64,000 bases of DNA from Hyphomicrobiales bacterium (GTDB lineage: Bacteria; Pseudomonadota; Alphaproteobacteria; Rhizobiales; Aestuariivirgaceae). The stretch covers positions 70,351-134,350 of the forward strand of contig JANYLQ010000050.1 in the NCBI GenBank assembly GCA_025363755.1, read 5' to 3'. A program made the translations under genes and the position numbers. The notes below the pieces were generated by a model, which had not been told where the DNA came from, ran no database searches, and saw only the letters and a program-made list of their open reading frames with translations. Positions 45,475-55,895 of the stretch are shown in pieces (position 1 is the first letter of the stretch; each line of letters opens with the position of its first letter).

Positions 45475-47440
45475 TTGATGTGACTTTCGCCGAAAACCAA
45501 ATCGTAAAACTGGCACCCATGCCGGGAACCGAACTTATTTCCAGTCCACCAGCATGCATCTCAGCAACCTTGCGAACGGCTGCAAGCCCCAAACCTGTGC
45601 CAAAACTTTTTGTTGTGAAAAGGGGTTCTGAAATTTTAGACATCACATCTGCAGGAATGCCTGGTCCGTTATCGCGAACAATTATTTCAATGCCGCGTTC
45701 ACTGCGGTGAAGCTCAACAATAATTTCTGGCCGGTGTTCAGGCCCTACAAGATTCATCCCAGTTTTACTAATCATAGCGTCTGCGGCATTTGTCAAAAGG
45801 TTAATCACGCCACGGCGCAGTCGTTCGGAATCTATTTCGGCAAACATCGCAGAGTCCGACAATACGCATCGAACTTTAATGTCTTCATGCAGTTTTGCGG
45901 CTTCTTCAACCAGCAGATCTTGTAGCCACAGATTGAGATCTTTCGCCTCAGTTGAAAGCGGCTGTGTTCTTGAAAAATCAAGCAGCTGCGAAATAATATT
46001 GTCACACCGCGAAACACCTACTTCAATGCGGTCAAGTTGCGCATTAACATCAATCGGAGAATCTTTAAGTTTACGCCGAAGTAAAAATGTGGTTGTACGC
46101 ACGCCGCCCAGAGGATTGCGTAATTCATGTGCAACGGTCGCAACCAAATTACCAAGCTGAGCCATTTTCCCTTTTTCAACAATGTCTTCTTGCGCCTGCG
46201 TCAAAAGCTTTATTTTTTCGGCCAAGTCACTGTTCAGCCGCCAAATATCATTGTTGAGCGTCTGGAACGTTTCAGAGCTGAGAGTGGCTTCGGCTTCAGC
46301 CTTCGCTGATAGGTCACGCTCATTTTTCATAACCTTATTTAATCGTCGCGCTTGCGCGAGATTGACCTGCATCAAATAGATACTGATAGCTGCGGCCAGT
46401 CCTATGCCGGCAAGTGTCAAAAATTCCTGCCGACGAGACTTTGTCGCGCTTTTTACAACTTCACTTTCATTGAAGCTTTTATCAGGAAGCCCCGCCCAAA
46501 CAGTCCAAGGGCTGCGACTATCAATAACCCGCAGTGGCACAACCTCAGAATAGATAAGGCTGTTGTCGGGCCTCCCTTCTTTCACAAAACTATCGGAGCT
46601 TTCCAAACCAATATCACTGAGGTCAACATTGACATTCCCATTATTTGCATTGACGAGGGCCAGATTGTTGTTCTGGACGAGTGCATTCACGCTTTCACTC
46701 AACAATATCGCTGACACAGTTCCCTTCAAGCTTCCATCAAGTCCGTAGAACGGCACGGAGAAAATAATCCCGGACCGATCTTTTTCTGTGAGCGATCTTA
46801 TGAACAGAGAGTTGTCTCTAGAGGCGGTCTCGTTGCCACTTATGAATGGAACATCAAACCCTTTGATTTTTTCCACGGATTCATAATTTGCTTTGAGCCA
46901 TTTCATCTGTTCCAATATTTGTTGATATTCAAATTTTTCGACTTCTTGACGCCTTGTGGCGCTAGGTTTGGCCGCGTCTTCAGTTTTGCGAGGTTGCTCA
47001 AGAGTGCTCACGCCGTCGCTTGCATTTAGGATCAGTTTGTCAACGATCAAAATAGGCATTTCATTTTTTGACGTGATCGGATCAAACTTGTCCGGTGCAA
47101 AATCGATTGGCACGATGTAAATTTCAGAGACCGCGAGATTTACGGCCAGATTGTTGTAAACGTGTTGAAACGCAACGCGTGCATCTTGCGTCAAATTCGT
47201 TCCATGTCGGTCAACATTACGCACGCCCGGCAAATAAGAAAGTGTCCTGAGATTTTCATAGATAGACTTCAATTTGTTTTCAATATTTTCAACACCGCGC
47301 ATCGTGTCCTTGTGTGAGAACTCAATAAAGTGCTGTCGCGCCTGAATCATGTTCTCAGTCCAACGCTGATGAACTGCGTAAGAGAAAACAGCAACCAGCG
47401 TCGCCAAAGTCAGCCAAATAACCGCAAAAATTCGAGCCAC
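45461..47440 (-). CDS. sensor histidine kinase with large periplasmic domain
   Basis: GTG start. TM, about 300-aa loop, TM, then H-box HELRNPL, N-box NLLTNAADA, DNGPGIP and GTGLGLA. No response regulator adjacent. Confidence 0.85.
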   Translation of the reverse strand: MARIFAVIWLTLATLVAVFSYAVHQRWTENMIQARQHFIEFSHKDTMRGVENIENKLKSIYENLRTLSYLPGVRNVDRHGTNLTQDARVAFQHVYNNLAVNLAVSEIYIVPIDFAPDKFDPITSKNEMPILIVDKLILNASDGVSTLEQPRKTEDAAKPSATRRQEVEKFEYQQILEQMKWLKANYESVEKIKGFDVPFISGNETASRDNSLFIRSLTEKDRSGIIFSVPFYGLDGSLKGTVSAILLSESVNALVQNNNLALVNANNGNVNVDLSDIGLESSDSFVKEGRPDNSLIYSEVVPLRVIDSRSPWTVWAGLPDKSFNESEVVKSATKSRRQEFLTLAGIGLAAAISIYLMQVNLAQARRLNKVMKNERDLSAKAEAEATLSSETFQTLNNDIWRLNSDLAEKIKLLTQAQEDIVEKGKMAQLGNLVATVAHELRNPLGGVRTTTFLLRRKLKDSPIDVNAQLDRIEVGVSRCDNIISQLLDFSRTQPLSTEAKDLNLWLQDLLVEEAAKLHEDIKVRCVLSDSAMFAEIDSERLRRGVINLLTNAADAMISKTGMNLVGPEHRPEIIVELHRSERGIEIIVRDNGPGIPADVMSKISEPLFTTKSFGTGLGLAAVRKVAEMHAGGLEISSVPGMGASFTIWFSAKVTSTIAA

Positions 47441-47600
47441 TCTTGCTCCCCAGTAAGTTTAGGCAAGCTCTATTTATCAAAACAGGGCTTTACAACTTCT
47501 TAACTATTGTTTTAGCCAAAATTTAAACACTTGCAGCGGCTTGACTCTTGGTCAACGCCATGGTCGGTGAACTAAATGGTCTAAAAGTGGATTCTTAAAC

Positions 47601-48551
47601 ATGTCGATCGCATTTGTTTTTCCGGGTCAAGGCAGTCAAGCATTGGGCATGGGTAAGGCTTTGGCCGAACACTCAGAGGCAGCGCGTGCTGTATTTGCAG
47701 AAGTGGATGAAGCGCTGGGCCAAAAACTGTCTGACTTAATGTGGAACGGCCCTGAAGCTGAATTAACTTTGACTGAAAATGCCCAACCCGCATTGATGGC
47801 GGTCAGCATGGCAGCTCTTCGCGTGCTGGAAACCGAATATGGCATCACTCTGGCTCAAACAGCAAAATTTGTGGCGGGCCATTCATTGGGTGAGTATTCA
47901 GCACTTGCGGCTGCTGGAACTTTTTCGGTTGCTGACACAGCAAGGCTTCTGAAAATCCGCGGCAAGGCTATGCAGGCAGCCACCCCTGTGGGCGTCGGTG
48001 CCATGGCCGCATTGCTCGGATTAGATTTTGCGACTGCATCGCTGGTTGCCGCAGAAGCCGCCCAAGGTGAAGTGTGTCAAGCCGCAAACGACAATTCGGA
48101 TGGCCAGGTCGTCGTATCCGGGTCCAAAGCCGCTATTGATCGCGCCATTGAAATTGCCAAGGCCAAAGGTGCCAAGCGTGCAATACTCTTGGCCGTATCC
48201 GCACCATTCCATTGCGCATTGATGCAGCCCGCGGCCGATGCGATGGCCAAAGCCTTGAGCGACGTTAAAATGCACGTGCCCGCTGTACCCCTCGTGGCCA
48301 ACATACTGGCTAGCCAAGTCACCGATCCCGCCATCATTCGCCAAAAGCTGGTGGAACAGGTCACAGGCACAGTGCGCTGGCGCGAGAGCGTAGGTTATAT
48401 GGTAGCCCAAGGTGTTAAAGTATTTGTTGAAATAGGTGCGGGTAAAGTATTGACAGGACTCAGCAAAAAGAATTCACCGGATGCCTTGGCGGTGGCCTGC
48501 GGCACGCCTGAGGATATAGCCGCTACGGCGGCACATTTGAAACAAGGATAA
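47601..48551 (+). CDS. fabD: malonyl-CoA:ACP transacylase
   Basis: GHSLGEYSAL active site, 316 aa. Confidence 0.93.
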   Translation: MSIAFVFPGQGSQALGMGKALAEHSEAARAVFAEVDEALGQKLSDLMWNGPEAELTLTENAQPALMAVSMAALRVLETEYGITLAQTAKFVAGHSLGEYSALAAAGTFSVADTARLLKIRGKAMQAATPVGVGAMAALLGLDFATASLVAAEAAQGEVCQAANDNSDGQVVVSGSKAAIDRAIEIAKAKGAKRAILLAVSAPFHCALMQPAADAMAKALSDVKMHVPAVPLVANILASQVTDPAIIRQKLVEQVTGTVRWRESVGYMVAQGVKVFVEIGAGKVLTGLSKKNSPDALAVACGTPEDIAATAAHLKQG

Positions 48552-48555
48552 AGCT

Positions 48556-49293
48556 ATGTTCAATCTAACTGGCAAAACAGCATTGATCACAGGCGCCAGC
48601 GGCGGAATTGGAGCAGCTATCGCCAAAACCTTGCACGCAGCAGGTGCCACCATTGCCATTTCCGGCACCCGCCAAGCTGTTCTTGAAGAGCTCAAATCTC
48701 AAATTGGCGACAATGTTCACGTGATGCCATGCAATCTTTCCAATGTCGAAGATGTTGAAAAACTTATCCCTGCCGTAGAGGCGGCCATGGGTGGCCTCGA
48801 TATTCTAGTCAATAATGCGGGTATCACCAAAGATGGCCTTGCCATGCGGATGAAAGATGAAGACTGGCAAAGTGTTATTGACGTCAACCTCACGTCAAAC
48901 TTCCGTCTTTGTCGTGCTGCTATGCGCGACATGATGAAAAAGCGCTGGGGCCGCATTATCAACATTACATCGATTGTTGGTGTGACCGGCAACCCAGGCC
49001 AGGTGAATTATGTGGCCTCAAAAGCAGGCATCATCGGCATGACCAAATCCATCGCTCAGGAACTGGCTGCACGAGGCGTAACCGCAAACTGCGTCGCCCC
49101 CGGCTTTATCGCCACGCCGATGACCGATGTTTTGAATGAGAAGCAAAAAGAGACCATTCTGGGACGAATCCCCGCCGGACGCATGGGCGGCCCGGATGAT
49201 ATTGCTGCGGCCGTCTTATATTTGTCATCAGAAGAAGCAGGTTATGTCACTGGCCAGACACTGCATGTCAATGGCGGCATGGCGATGATTTAA
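48556..49293 (+). CDS. fabG: 3-oxoacyl-ACP reductase
   Basis: TGASGGIG, NNAG and YVASKAG motifs. Follows fabD. Confidence 0.93.
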   Translation: MFNLTGKTALITGASGGIGAAIAKTLHAAGATIAISGTRQAVLEELKSQIGDNVHVMPCNLSNVEDVEKLIPAVEAAMGGLDILVNNAGITKDGLAMRMKDEDWQSVIDVNLTSNFRLCRAAMRDMMKKRWGRIINITSIVGVTGNPGQVNYVASKAGIIGMTKSIAQELAARGVTANCVAPGFIATPMTDVLNEKQKETILGRIPAGRMGGPDDIAAAVLYLSSEEAGYVTGQTLHVNGGMAMI

Positions 49294-49470
49294 CTGATTT
49301 GCGCCCTGCAAATCTAAGGTTGTCCCGCATAAATATAAGTTCACGGGGCGAAAAATACCCTCTTTTGACGGCAATCACTTTTGTGCTAACAAACATCGCG
49401 GTGTGGTTTGAGGGGGCCTTCTTCAGGTATCCGATTGCGCTGCGTAATGAGTTAAAAAGGATACTAACAC

Positions 49471-49707
49471 ATGAGCGATATCGCTGAACGAGTGAAGAAG
49501 ATCGTAGTTGAACACCTGGGCGTAGATGCCGACAAGGTGAAGCAAGAAGCGAGTTTTATTGATGATCTCGGTGCCGACAGCTTGGACACGGTTGAACTCG
49601 TGATGGCTTTCGAAGAAGAATTCGGCATCGAAATTCCAGACGACGCGGCTGAACATATTCAGACCGTTGGCGATGCTGTGAAGTTTATTGAAAAGACTTC
49701 AGCTTAA
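49471..49707 (+). CDS. acpP: acyl carrier protein
   Basis: 78 aa, [13 protein letters not shown] phosphopantetheine site. Confidence 0.96.
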   Translation: MSDIAERVKKIVVEHLGVDADKVKQEASFIDDLGADSLDTVELVMAFEEEFGIEIPDDAAEHIQTVGDAVKFIEKTSA

Positions 49708-49829
49708 CATTTTGCCTTGTTTTGCGGGGCAAATTTAAACGGATCTCGCGCGGGGGCAGGGCGTAATGCGCAACCTGTATCCCCGCGCAGTCATGTTACA
49801 ATCAACCTTTGAGTGATGAGGGATTTGAG

Positions 49830-51095
49830 ATGCGGCGCGTCGTAATAACTGGTTTAGGGATGGTATCGCCATTGGCGGCCAATGTGGAAGACACATGGGC
49901 AAAGCTTTTGGCAGGCGAATCCGGCGCAGGTCCTATTACTAAATTTGACGCATCAGCCTATCCCGCTCGTATAGCTTTCGAAGTAAAAAACGGGGATGGT
50001 ACCAAAGGCACCTTAAACCGCGATCAATGGGTAGATCCAAAAGACCAGCGCCGATTCGATGATTTCATTCAATATGCATTGGTGGCCGCAAAACAGGCTT
50101 TGGCTGATGCAAACTATGCCCCCAAAACACCCGATGAACAATATCGCGCTGGCGTGTTGGTAGGCTCCGGCATTGGCGGCCTGCCCAGCATTAACGACAC
50201 CGCATTGTTGTTGGCCGAAAAGGGCTACCGCAAAATCAGCCCATTCTTCATTCCCGGCTCTCTTATAAACTTAGCTTCTGGTCTGATCTCGATCAATTGC
50301 GGCCTTAAAGGCCCAAACTCTGCTGTTGTGACAGCTTGTTCAACCGGCGCACATGCCATTGGTGACGCAGCACGTATCATCATGATGGACGACGCTGATG
50401 TGATGATTGCAGGCGGAGCTGAAGCCTGCATTTCACCCCTCGGAATTGCGGGCTTCATCGCCTGTCGCGCACTGTCCACAAATTTCAACGAAACGCCGAC
50501 CAAAGGCTCTAGGCCTTATGACAAAGATCGCGATGGTTTCGTTATGGGCGAGGGTGCAGGCGTTGTTGTGCTAGAATCGCTCGAACATGCGCAAGCCCGT
50601 GGCGCAAAGATCTATGCTGAAATCATCGGCTACGGCATGTCCGGCGATGCCCATCATGTAACAGCTCCCGCTGAAGATGGTGATGGCGCTTATCGCTGTA
50701 TGAAAGCAGCCCTTCGCCGTTCGCAGACCATGCCCGGCGATATTGACTACATCAACGCCCACGGCACATCCACACCACTTGGCGATGAAATTGAACTCCG
50801 CGCTGTCGAACGCTTGCTTGGCAATGATGCAGCAGGTCTTCACATGTCCTCAACAAAATCAGCAATTGGCCATTTGCTGGGTGCAGCAGGTGCAGTTGAA
50901 GCAATTTTCTCGACTTTGGCGATCCGCGACAATATTTGCCCGCCAACTTTAAATTTGGATAACCCATCAGTGGAAACTCAAATCAATCTTGTTCCAAAAG
51001 TGGCAGTTAAAAAACCGATCAACACAGTTCTGTCCAATTCTTTTGGTTTTGGTGGTACCAACGCATCCTTGCTATTGCGTCGTTTTGCGGCGTAA
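49830..51095 (+). CDS. fabF: 3-oxoacyl-ACP synthase II
   Basis: Start at MRRVVITGLGMVSPL. ACSTG, HGTSTP and GHLLGAAG catalytic motifs. Confidence 0.93.
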   Translation: MRRVVITGLGMVSPLAANVEDTWAKLLAGESGAGPITKFDASAYPARIAFEVKNGDGTKGTLNRDQWVDPKDQRRFDDFIQYALVAAKQALADANYAPKTPDEQYRAGVLVGSGIGGLPSINDTALLLAEKGYRKISPFFIPGSLINLASGLISINCGLKGPNSAVVTACSTGAHAIGDAARIIMMDDADVMIAGGAEACISPLGIAGFIACRALSTNFNETPTKGSRPYDKDRDGFVMGEGAGVVVLESLEHAQARGAKIYAEIIGYGMSGDAHHVTAPAEDGDGAYRCMKAALRRSQTMPGDIDYINAHGTSTPLGDEIELRAVERLLGNDAAGLHMSSTKSAIGHLLGAAGAVEAIFSTLAIRDNICPPTLNLDNPSVETQINLVPKVAVKKPINTVLSNSFGFGGTNASLLLRRFAA

Positions 51096-51120
51096 AGTTT
51101 TGGGGGCGGAGGGCTAAAGA

Positions 51121-52491
51121 GTGATCGACGAAGAACCCCCAAGACGTGTTTCAGAACCAGTCCTACCAAAGGTGAGACGAAGCGCATTCACGCGCGTACT
51201 CGGTTCGTTATTTGCATTCCTGTTTATCGTCGGCGGACTGCTTGCAGCACTGGGCAGCTGGGCCTGGCTCACATTCACCGCGCCCGGGCCGCTAAAAGAT
51301 AAAAAAATCTATGAGATCGCAAAAAATCTTGATCGCACACAGATAGCTGCAACATTACAAGATCAGGGGATCATCGCCGACGCTCGCTTGTTTAGTGCCG
51401 CAGCTGCCGTCAATGCATTTCGTGTTGGCAAATTGAAACCCGGCGAATATGAATTCCCTGCAAGTGCCTCTATGTATGATGTGCTTGGCATGATCACCTC
51501 CGGCCACTTCCTCACTTATAAAGTGACAATCCCCGAGGGCTGGACATCGCAAATGGTTGTCGCGCGCCTAACCGAACAAAAAGAACTCGAAGGCGAGATC
51601 AAAATTGTTCCTGCCGAAGGTTCAATTTTGCCTGCTACCTATCCATTCGTACGCGGTCAAACGCGCGAAAAACTTCTCGAAATTATGCAGGCCGCGCAAA
51701 CCAAGCTGCTTGACACACTCTGGAAGGCGCGTCCGCCCACAACCAGTATCGCTTCACCGCAAGAACTTGTAACGCTCGCTTCAATCGTCGAAAAAGAAAC
51801 CGGCGTGGCCGAAGAGCGCCCAAAAGTAGCATCAGTTTTTCTGAACCGTCTCAATGAAAAGATGCGACTGCAATCTGATCCCACGACGATTTACGGAATT
51901 GTGGGCGGCAAAGGAAAACTTGATCGCCCCCTCAGCAAAGCCGATCTTGAGGCGCCCACACCTTATAACACTTATACTATTAGTGGCTTGCCTCCCGGCC
52001 CCATAGCCAATCCGGGCAAAGCCGCATTAGAGGCCGTGCTCAATCCAGATAGCACGAAATATCTTTATTTTGTAGCTGACGGAACAGGCGGCCATGCCTT
52101 CGCGGCCACACTTGACGAGCACAATGCCAACGTCAAAAAATGGCGCGCCCAGCAAACTGGAACAGACGAAACTGTTCCAGCGGTCATAGCACCCGCAGCC
52201 ACGGCTCAACCCGATCCAAACACCGTTGTAAATCCAGCCTTGCCAGAAGTTCCAGCCCAACCAGTGGTCGCACCACCAACCGCGCCGCCTGCAACACCGC
52301 CGCCTGCCGCCGCACCACCGGCAGCCACTGAAGATCCTGTTCCGCCGGAACCAGTTGTTGATGGAGAGCCTGTTCCGCCAGAACCTGCTATCGATGCGCC
52401 CCAACCAGCAGCAACTGTAAAGCCCGGTTCAACTGTCACGGTAAATGGCAAAAAAGTGCCAATTCCCGTTCCGAAGAAGGCAAAGAAATAG
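51121..52491 (+). CDS. mltG: endolytic murein transglycosylase MltG/YceG with Pro-rich C-terminal tail
   Basis: GTG start, N-terminal TM, YceG motifs ASIVEKE and LQSDPT. The last ~115 aa are P/A/V/E low complexity. Confidence 0.85.
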   Translation: MIDEEPPRRVSEPVLPKVRRSAFTRVLGSLFAFLFIVGGLLAALGSWAWLTFTAPGPLKDKKIYEIAKNLDRTQIAATLQDQGIIADARLFSAAAAVNAFRVGKLKPGEYEFPASASMYDVLGMITSGHFLTYKVTIPEGWTSQMVVARLTEQKELEGEIKIVPAEGSILPATYPFVRGQTREKLLEIMQAAQTKLLDTLWKARPPTTSIASPQELVTLASIVEKETGVAEERPKVASVFLNRLNEKMRLQSDPTTIYGIVGGKGKLDRPLSKADLEAPTPYNTYTISGLPPGPIANPGKAALEAVLNPDSTKYLYFVADGTGGHAFAATLDEHNANVKKWRAQQTGTDETVPAVIAPAATAQPDPNTVVNPALPEVPAQPVVAPPTAPPATPPPAAAPPAATEDPVPPEPVVDGEPVPPEPAIDAPQPAATVKPGSTVTVNGKKVPIPVPKKAKK

Positions 52492-52553
52492 CACTGTTGT
52501 TTGCAGTCCCGCTAAAATCTTTCAAACTGTGATTCGAAGGCGGCAATAACAAT

Positions 52554-53441
52554 ATGACTTTGGCGAGTATGACAGGCTTCGCACGCAGTGCTGGCAACAG
52601 CGGCGATTATAGCTGGGTGTGGGAACTGAAAAGCGTAAATGGCAAAGCGCTGGATGTGCGCCTGCGCATGCCCCAAGGTTATGATCACCTTGAAATCCAA
52701 AGCCGCAACGCCATCCAACAGAATTTCAAACGCGGAAATATCCAAGCATCGCTCACAATTGCCAACGGCAAACAACACGAAAAACTGTCGATCAATGCCG
52801 AAGTGCTGGATCAATATTTAGCGCTCGCAAAAGACCTGCACAGCAAGCTTGGCGGCGAAGCCCCGCGTGTTGATAATCTTCTCGTCATGCGTGGAGTGTT
52901 GGAAGTCGTCGTCACACCCATTGATGAAGCAGAGCAAACAGCAAGAGACAATGGCATTTTGAATTCATTGGACGAAGCTGTAAACGCATTGAACATCGCC
53001 CGATTGGAAGAAGGCGGCAGACTGAAACAGACTTTGGTCGATCAAGTTGCTCGCATCGCTGAGCTGACGCAAGCCGCAGCAACGAACCCATCAAGATCCG
53101 CCGAAGCCATAAAGCTTCGCCTTAAAGAGCAAATCACCAAACTCCTCGAAGCCAGCAATAGCTTTGATCCCGACCGACTCCACCAAGAAGCCGTCATGAT
53201 CGCCACACGGGCAGACATTCAAGAAGAGATTGATCGTTTGATCGCTCATGTCGCTGCGGCAAAGGAGCTGCTCATCAGCAAAGAACCCGTAGGCCGCAAG
53301 CTTGATTTTCTGGCGCAAGAGTTTAATCGCGAAGCTAATACTTTGTGCTCTAAGGCTGGTGATAAATCCATGTCGGCCATCGGCCTCGAACTCAAAACCA
53401 TCATCGACCAATTGCGCGAGCAGGTACAAAACATTGAGTAA
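52554..53441 (+). CDS. yicC: YicC family protein
   Basis: SMTGFAR N-terminus and KLDFLAQEFNREANTLCSKA C-terminal motif. Confidence 0.88.
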   Translation: MTLASMTGFARSAGNSGDYSWVWELKSVNGKALDVRLRMPQGYDHLEIQSRNAIQQNFKRGNIQASLTIANGKQHEKLSINAEVLDQYLALAKDLHSKLGGEAPRVDNLLVMRGVLEVVVTPIDEAEQTARDNGILNSLDEAVNALNIARLEEGGRLKQTLVDQVARIAELTQAAATNPSRSAEAIKLRLKEQITKLLEASNSFDPDRLHQEAVMIATRADIQEEIDRLIAHVAAAKELLISKEPVGRKLDFLAQEFNREANTLCSKAGDKSMSAIGLELKTIIDQLREQVQNIE

Positions 53442-53442
53442 C

Positions 53443-54084
53443 TTGAACCCCCACACTCACATCCCGCGCCGTGGCATCCTGTTTGTCATGTCGTCACCTT
53501 CTGGCGCTGGCAAAACCACGCTGTCGCGCAAGCTTTTGGGTGCAGACGCCAATATCTCGATGTCGGTTTCAGTCACCACCAGAAAGCCACGCCCCGGCGA
53601 AGTTGATGGCCGCGATTACCATTTTATCAGCCAAGCCCAGTTCGATAAAATGGTGCACGACAAACAACTCTTGGAATGGGCCACCGTATTCGGCAATTCC
53701 TACGGCACACCGCGAAAGCCAGTTGAAGTCGCACTCAACGTGGGTTGCGATGTTTTGTTTGATATCGATTGGCAAGGCACCCAGCAATTAGCCCAAGCCA
53801 TGGAAGATGATTTAGTGCGCATCTTCATCCTGCCACCAAGCGCAGAAATTCTCCGTGATCGTTTGATTGGCCGCAACCAAGATTCATCATCAGTCGTAGC
53901 CAAGCGCATGGCCGAAGCCCCCCGCGAAATCAGCCATTGGCCGGAATATGATTACGTCATCGTCAACGACGAAATCGAATCCTCGCACCGCCAGATCACC
54001 GCGATAGTAATGGCAGAACGACTTCGACGCCGAAGGCAAGTAGGGTTGACGGAGTTTGTTCGGGCGATGACGAAGCAATTATAG
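53443..54084 (+). CDS. gmk: guanylate kinase
   Basis: TTG 53443 chosen so that [18 protein letters not shown] (P-loop) is retained. The long upstream extension overlaps yicC. Confidence 0.88.
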   Translation: MNPHTHIPRRGILFVMSSPSGAGKTTLSRKLLGADANISMSVSVTTRKPRPGEVDGRDYHFISQAQFDKMVHDKQLLEWATVFGNSYGTPRKPVEVALNVGCDVLFDIDWQGTQQLAQAMEDDLVRIFILPPSAEILRDRLIGRNQDSSSVVAKRMAEAPREISHWPEYDYVIVNDEIESSHRQITAIVMAERLRRRRQVGLTEFVRAMTKQL

Positions 54085-54909
54085 TTTTTGCGCCAACCTC
54101 GCAAAATCTGCCACGCTCAGTTCCTCAGCCCTTTTCTGCGGCTCCAACCCCAAGCCCTCAAGAACTTCTTCGGGCCTCTCAAACACCGCCTTCAAACTCG
54201 AGCGCAACATCTTACGCCTTTGCCCAAACCCCGCCGCCGTCACGCGCTGCAAATTCCGCAATTCACAAACCGGTTCACAAACGGCGCGTGGAACCAAATG
54301 CACAATGCTTGAAGTAATTTTAGGCGGCGGTGTAAACGCGCTTCGGTTTACATCAAACAATTTCGTGGCCACGCAGCGCCACTGACTAATAATCGAAAGT
54401 CGCCCATAATGTTCAGTGCCGGGCTTGGCCACAATCCGTTCCGCCACTTCTTTTTGAAACATCAATGTGAGAGACGAAAACCAAGGTGGCCAGACTTCCC
54501 CACCAATCCATCCCAACAACAAAGCCGTGGCCACATTATAAGGCAAATTCGCAACAATCTTTGCTGGCCCCGAAATCACATTTACCCAATCCACCTCAAG
54601 CGCATCAGCCGAAATCACCTCAAGCCGCCCCGGATATGCCGCAGCAATTTCAGCAAGTGCGGGCAGCGTACGCTCATCGCGCTCCACCGCAATGACGCGC
54701 GCAGCACCTTCCATCAAAAGTGCACGTGTCAGCCCACCAGGCCCCGGCCCAATTTCAACAACAGTAACATCCTTCAAATCGCCAGCGGCCCGCGCAATGC
54801 GCCGCGTCAGATTGAGATCGAATAGAAAATTCTGCCCCAGAGATTTCTTGGCCGCCAACCCATGCGTCGCGATCACCTCGCGCAGTGGCGGCAAGCCATC
54901 GTCGCTCAC
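54079..54909 (-). CDS. rsmA: 16S rRNA (adenine1518/1519-N6)-dimethyltransferase
   Basis: [18 protein letters not shown] and NLPYN motifs. Confidence 0.92.
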   Translation of the reverse strand: MSDDGLPPLREVIATHGLAAKKSLGQNFLFDLNLTRRIARAAGDLKDVTVVEIGPGPGGLTRALLMEGAARVIAVERDERTLPALAEIAAAYPGRLEVISADALEVDWVNVISGPAKIVANLPYNVATALLLGWIGGEVWPPWFSSLTLMFQKEVAERIVAKPGTEHYGRLSIISQWRCVATKLFDVNRSAFTPPPKITSSIVHLVPRAVCEPVCELRNLQRVTAAGFGQRRKMLRSSLKAVFERPEEVLEGLGLEPQKRAEELSVADFARLAQKL

Positions 54910-55895
54910 GCGCGCGCAGCCATCGATGAAGCCAAGCGAATGGCTGCAATCAAACTCGTCGGGTTCGCAACACCTTTGCCAGCAATCCCAAGCGCTGTGC
55001 CATGGTCAGGCGAGGTGCGAATAAATGGCAACCCCAAGGTCACATTCACCCCGCCATGAAAATCCAGCGTCTTCACGGGGATCAACGCTTGATCATGATA
55101 CATGCACAGAATGGCATCATAAGTTGCGCGCGCCTCAGCATGAAAAGCAGTATCTGCCGAAATCGGCCCAAACACATCAATTCCCGCCACCTTCAACAAA
55201 GCAACTGCAGGGACCACAACCAACCGATCTTCTTTGCCCATCGCGCCATTTTCGCCTGCATGCGGATTAAGCCCGGTCACCGCTATTCGTGGCTTTGCAA
55301 TCCCGAACCAACGCTTCAAACTTTCCGCCACCACTTTGCCCTGCGCAACAATGGCCTCCGTCGTTAAAGCTTTCGGCACATCGGCCAGTGGGATATGCAC
55401 AGTCACCGGAACCGCCCGAAGCCCTGCACCAACCAGCATCATCACTTCGTGCCCAGAAACATTTGCAAGCGACGCCAGATAATCCGTATGCCCTTGGTGC
55501 TTGAAGCCCACATCATAAAGTGTTTCTTTCTGAATGGGATTGGTCACCATGCCAGAAGCGTCGCCCGAAAAACAAAGCCGCACCGCTTCATCAATCGAGG
55601 CAATCACTGCAGCAGAATTGTGCGTGTCGAGTTTTCCCGCAACGGATGAAACGGGCAGGGGACGATTAATAACCGGAACACCACGCCCAAAAACCAAAGC
55701 ACAATCGGCCACGCGTTCAATACCAACAAACGAAACATCAAACCCTGCAGCCTTAGCCCGCGACTCAAAAACCGCCGCATCCCCAATTAGACAAAACTGC
55801 TGTGATGGATCATTCCGTAAAGCTAACCAAGCCTGCGCCGTAATCTCAGGTGCAACACCCGCTGGTTCGCCCATGGTTAGAACGAGGGGCGTCAT
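54906..55895 (-). CDS. pdxA: 4-hydroxythreonine-4-phosphate dehydrogenase
   Basis: GHTDYLA and SPDHGTA motifs. ATGA overlaps on both sides. Confidence 0.92.
   Translation of the reverse strand: MTPLVLTMGEPAGVAPEITAQAWLALRNDPSQQFCLIGDAAVFESRAKAAGFDVSFVGIERVADCALVFGRGVPVINRPLPVSSVAGKLDTHNSAAVIASIDEAVRLCFSGDASGMVTNPIQKETLYDVGFKHQGHTDYLASLANVSGHEVMMLVGAGLRAVPVTVHIPLADVPKALTTEAIVAQGKVVAESLKRWFGIAKPRIAVTGLNPHAGENGAMGKEDRLVVVPAVALLKVAGIDVFGPISADTAFHAEARATYDAILCMYHDQALIPVKTLDFHGGVNVTLGLPFIRTSPDHGTALGIAGKGVANPTSLIAAIRLASSMAARA

Noticed and set aside
49299-49487. 62-aa ORF upstream of and overlapping the acpP start.
   Set aside because: No RBS or motif. It lies in the well-known long fabG-acpP leader and overlaps acpP, so it is most likely non-coding.
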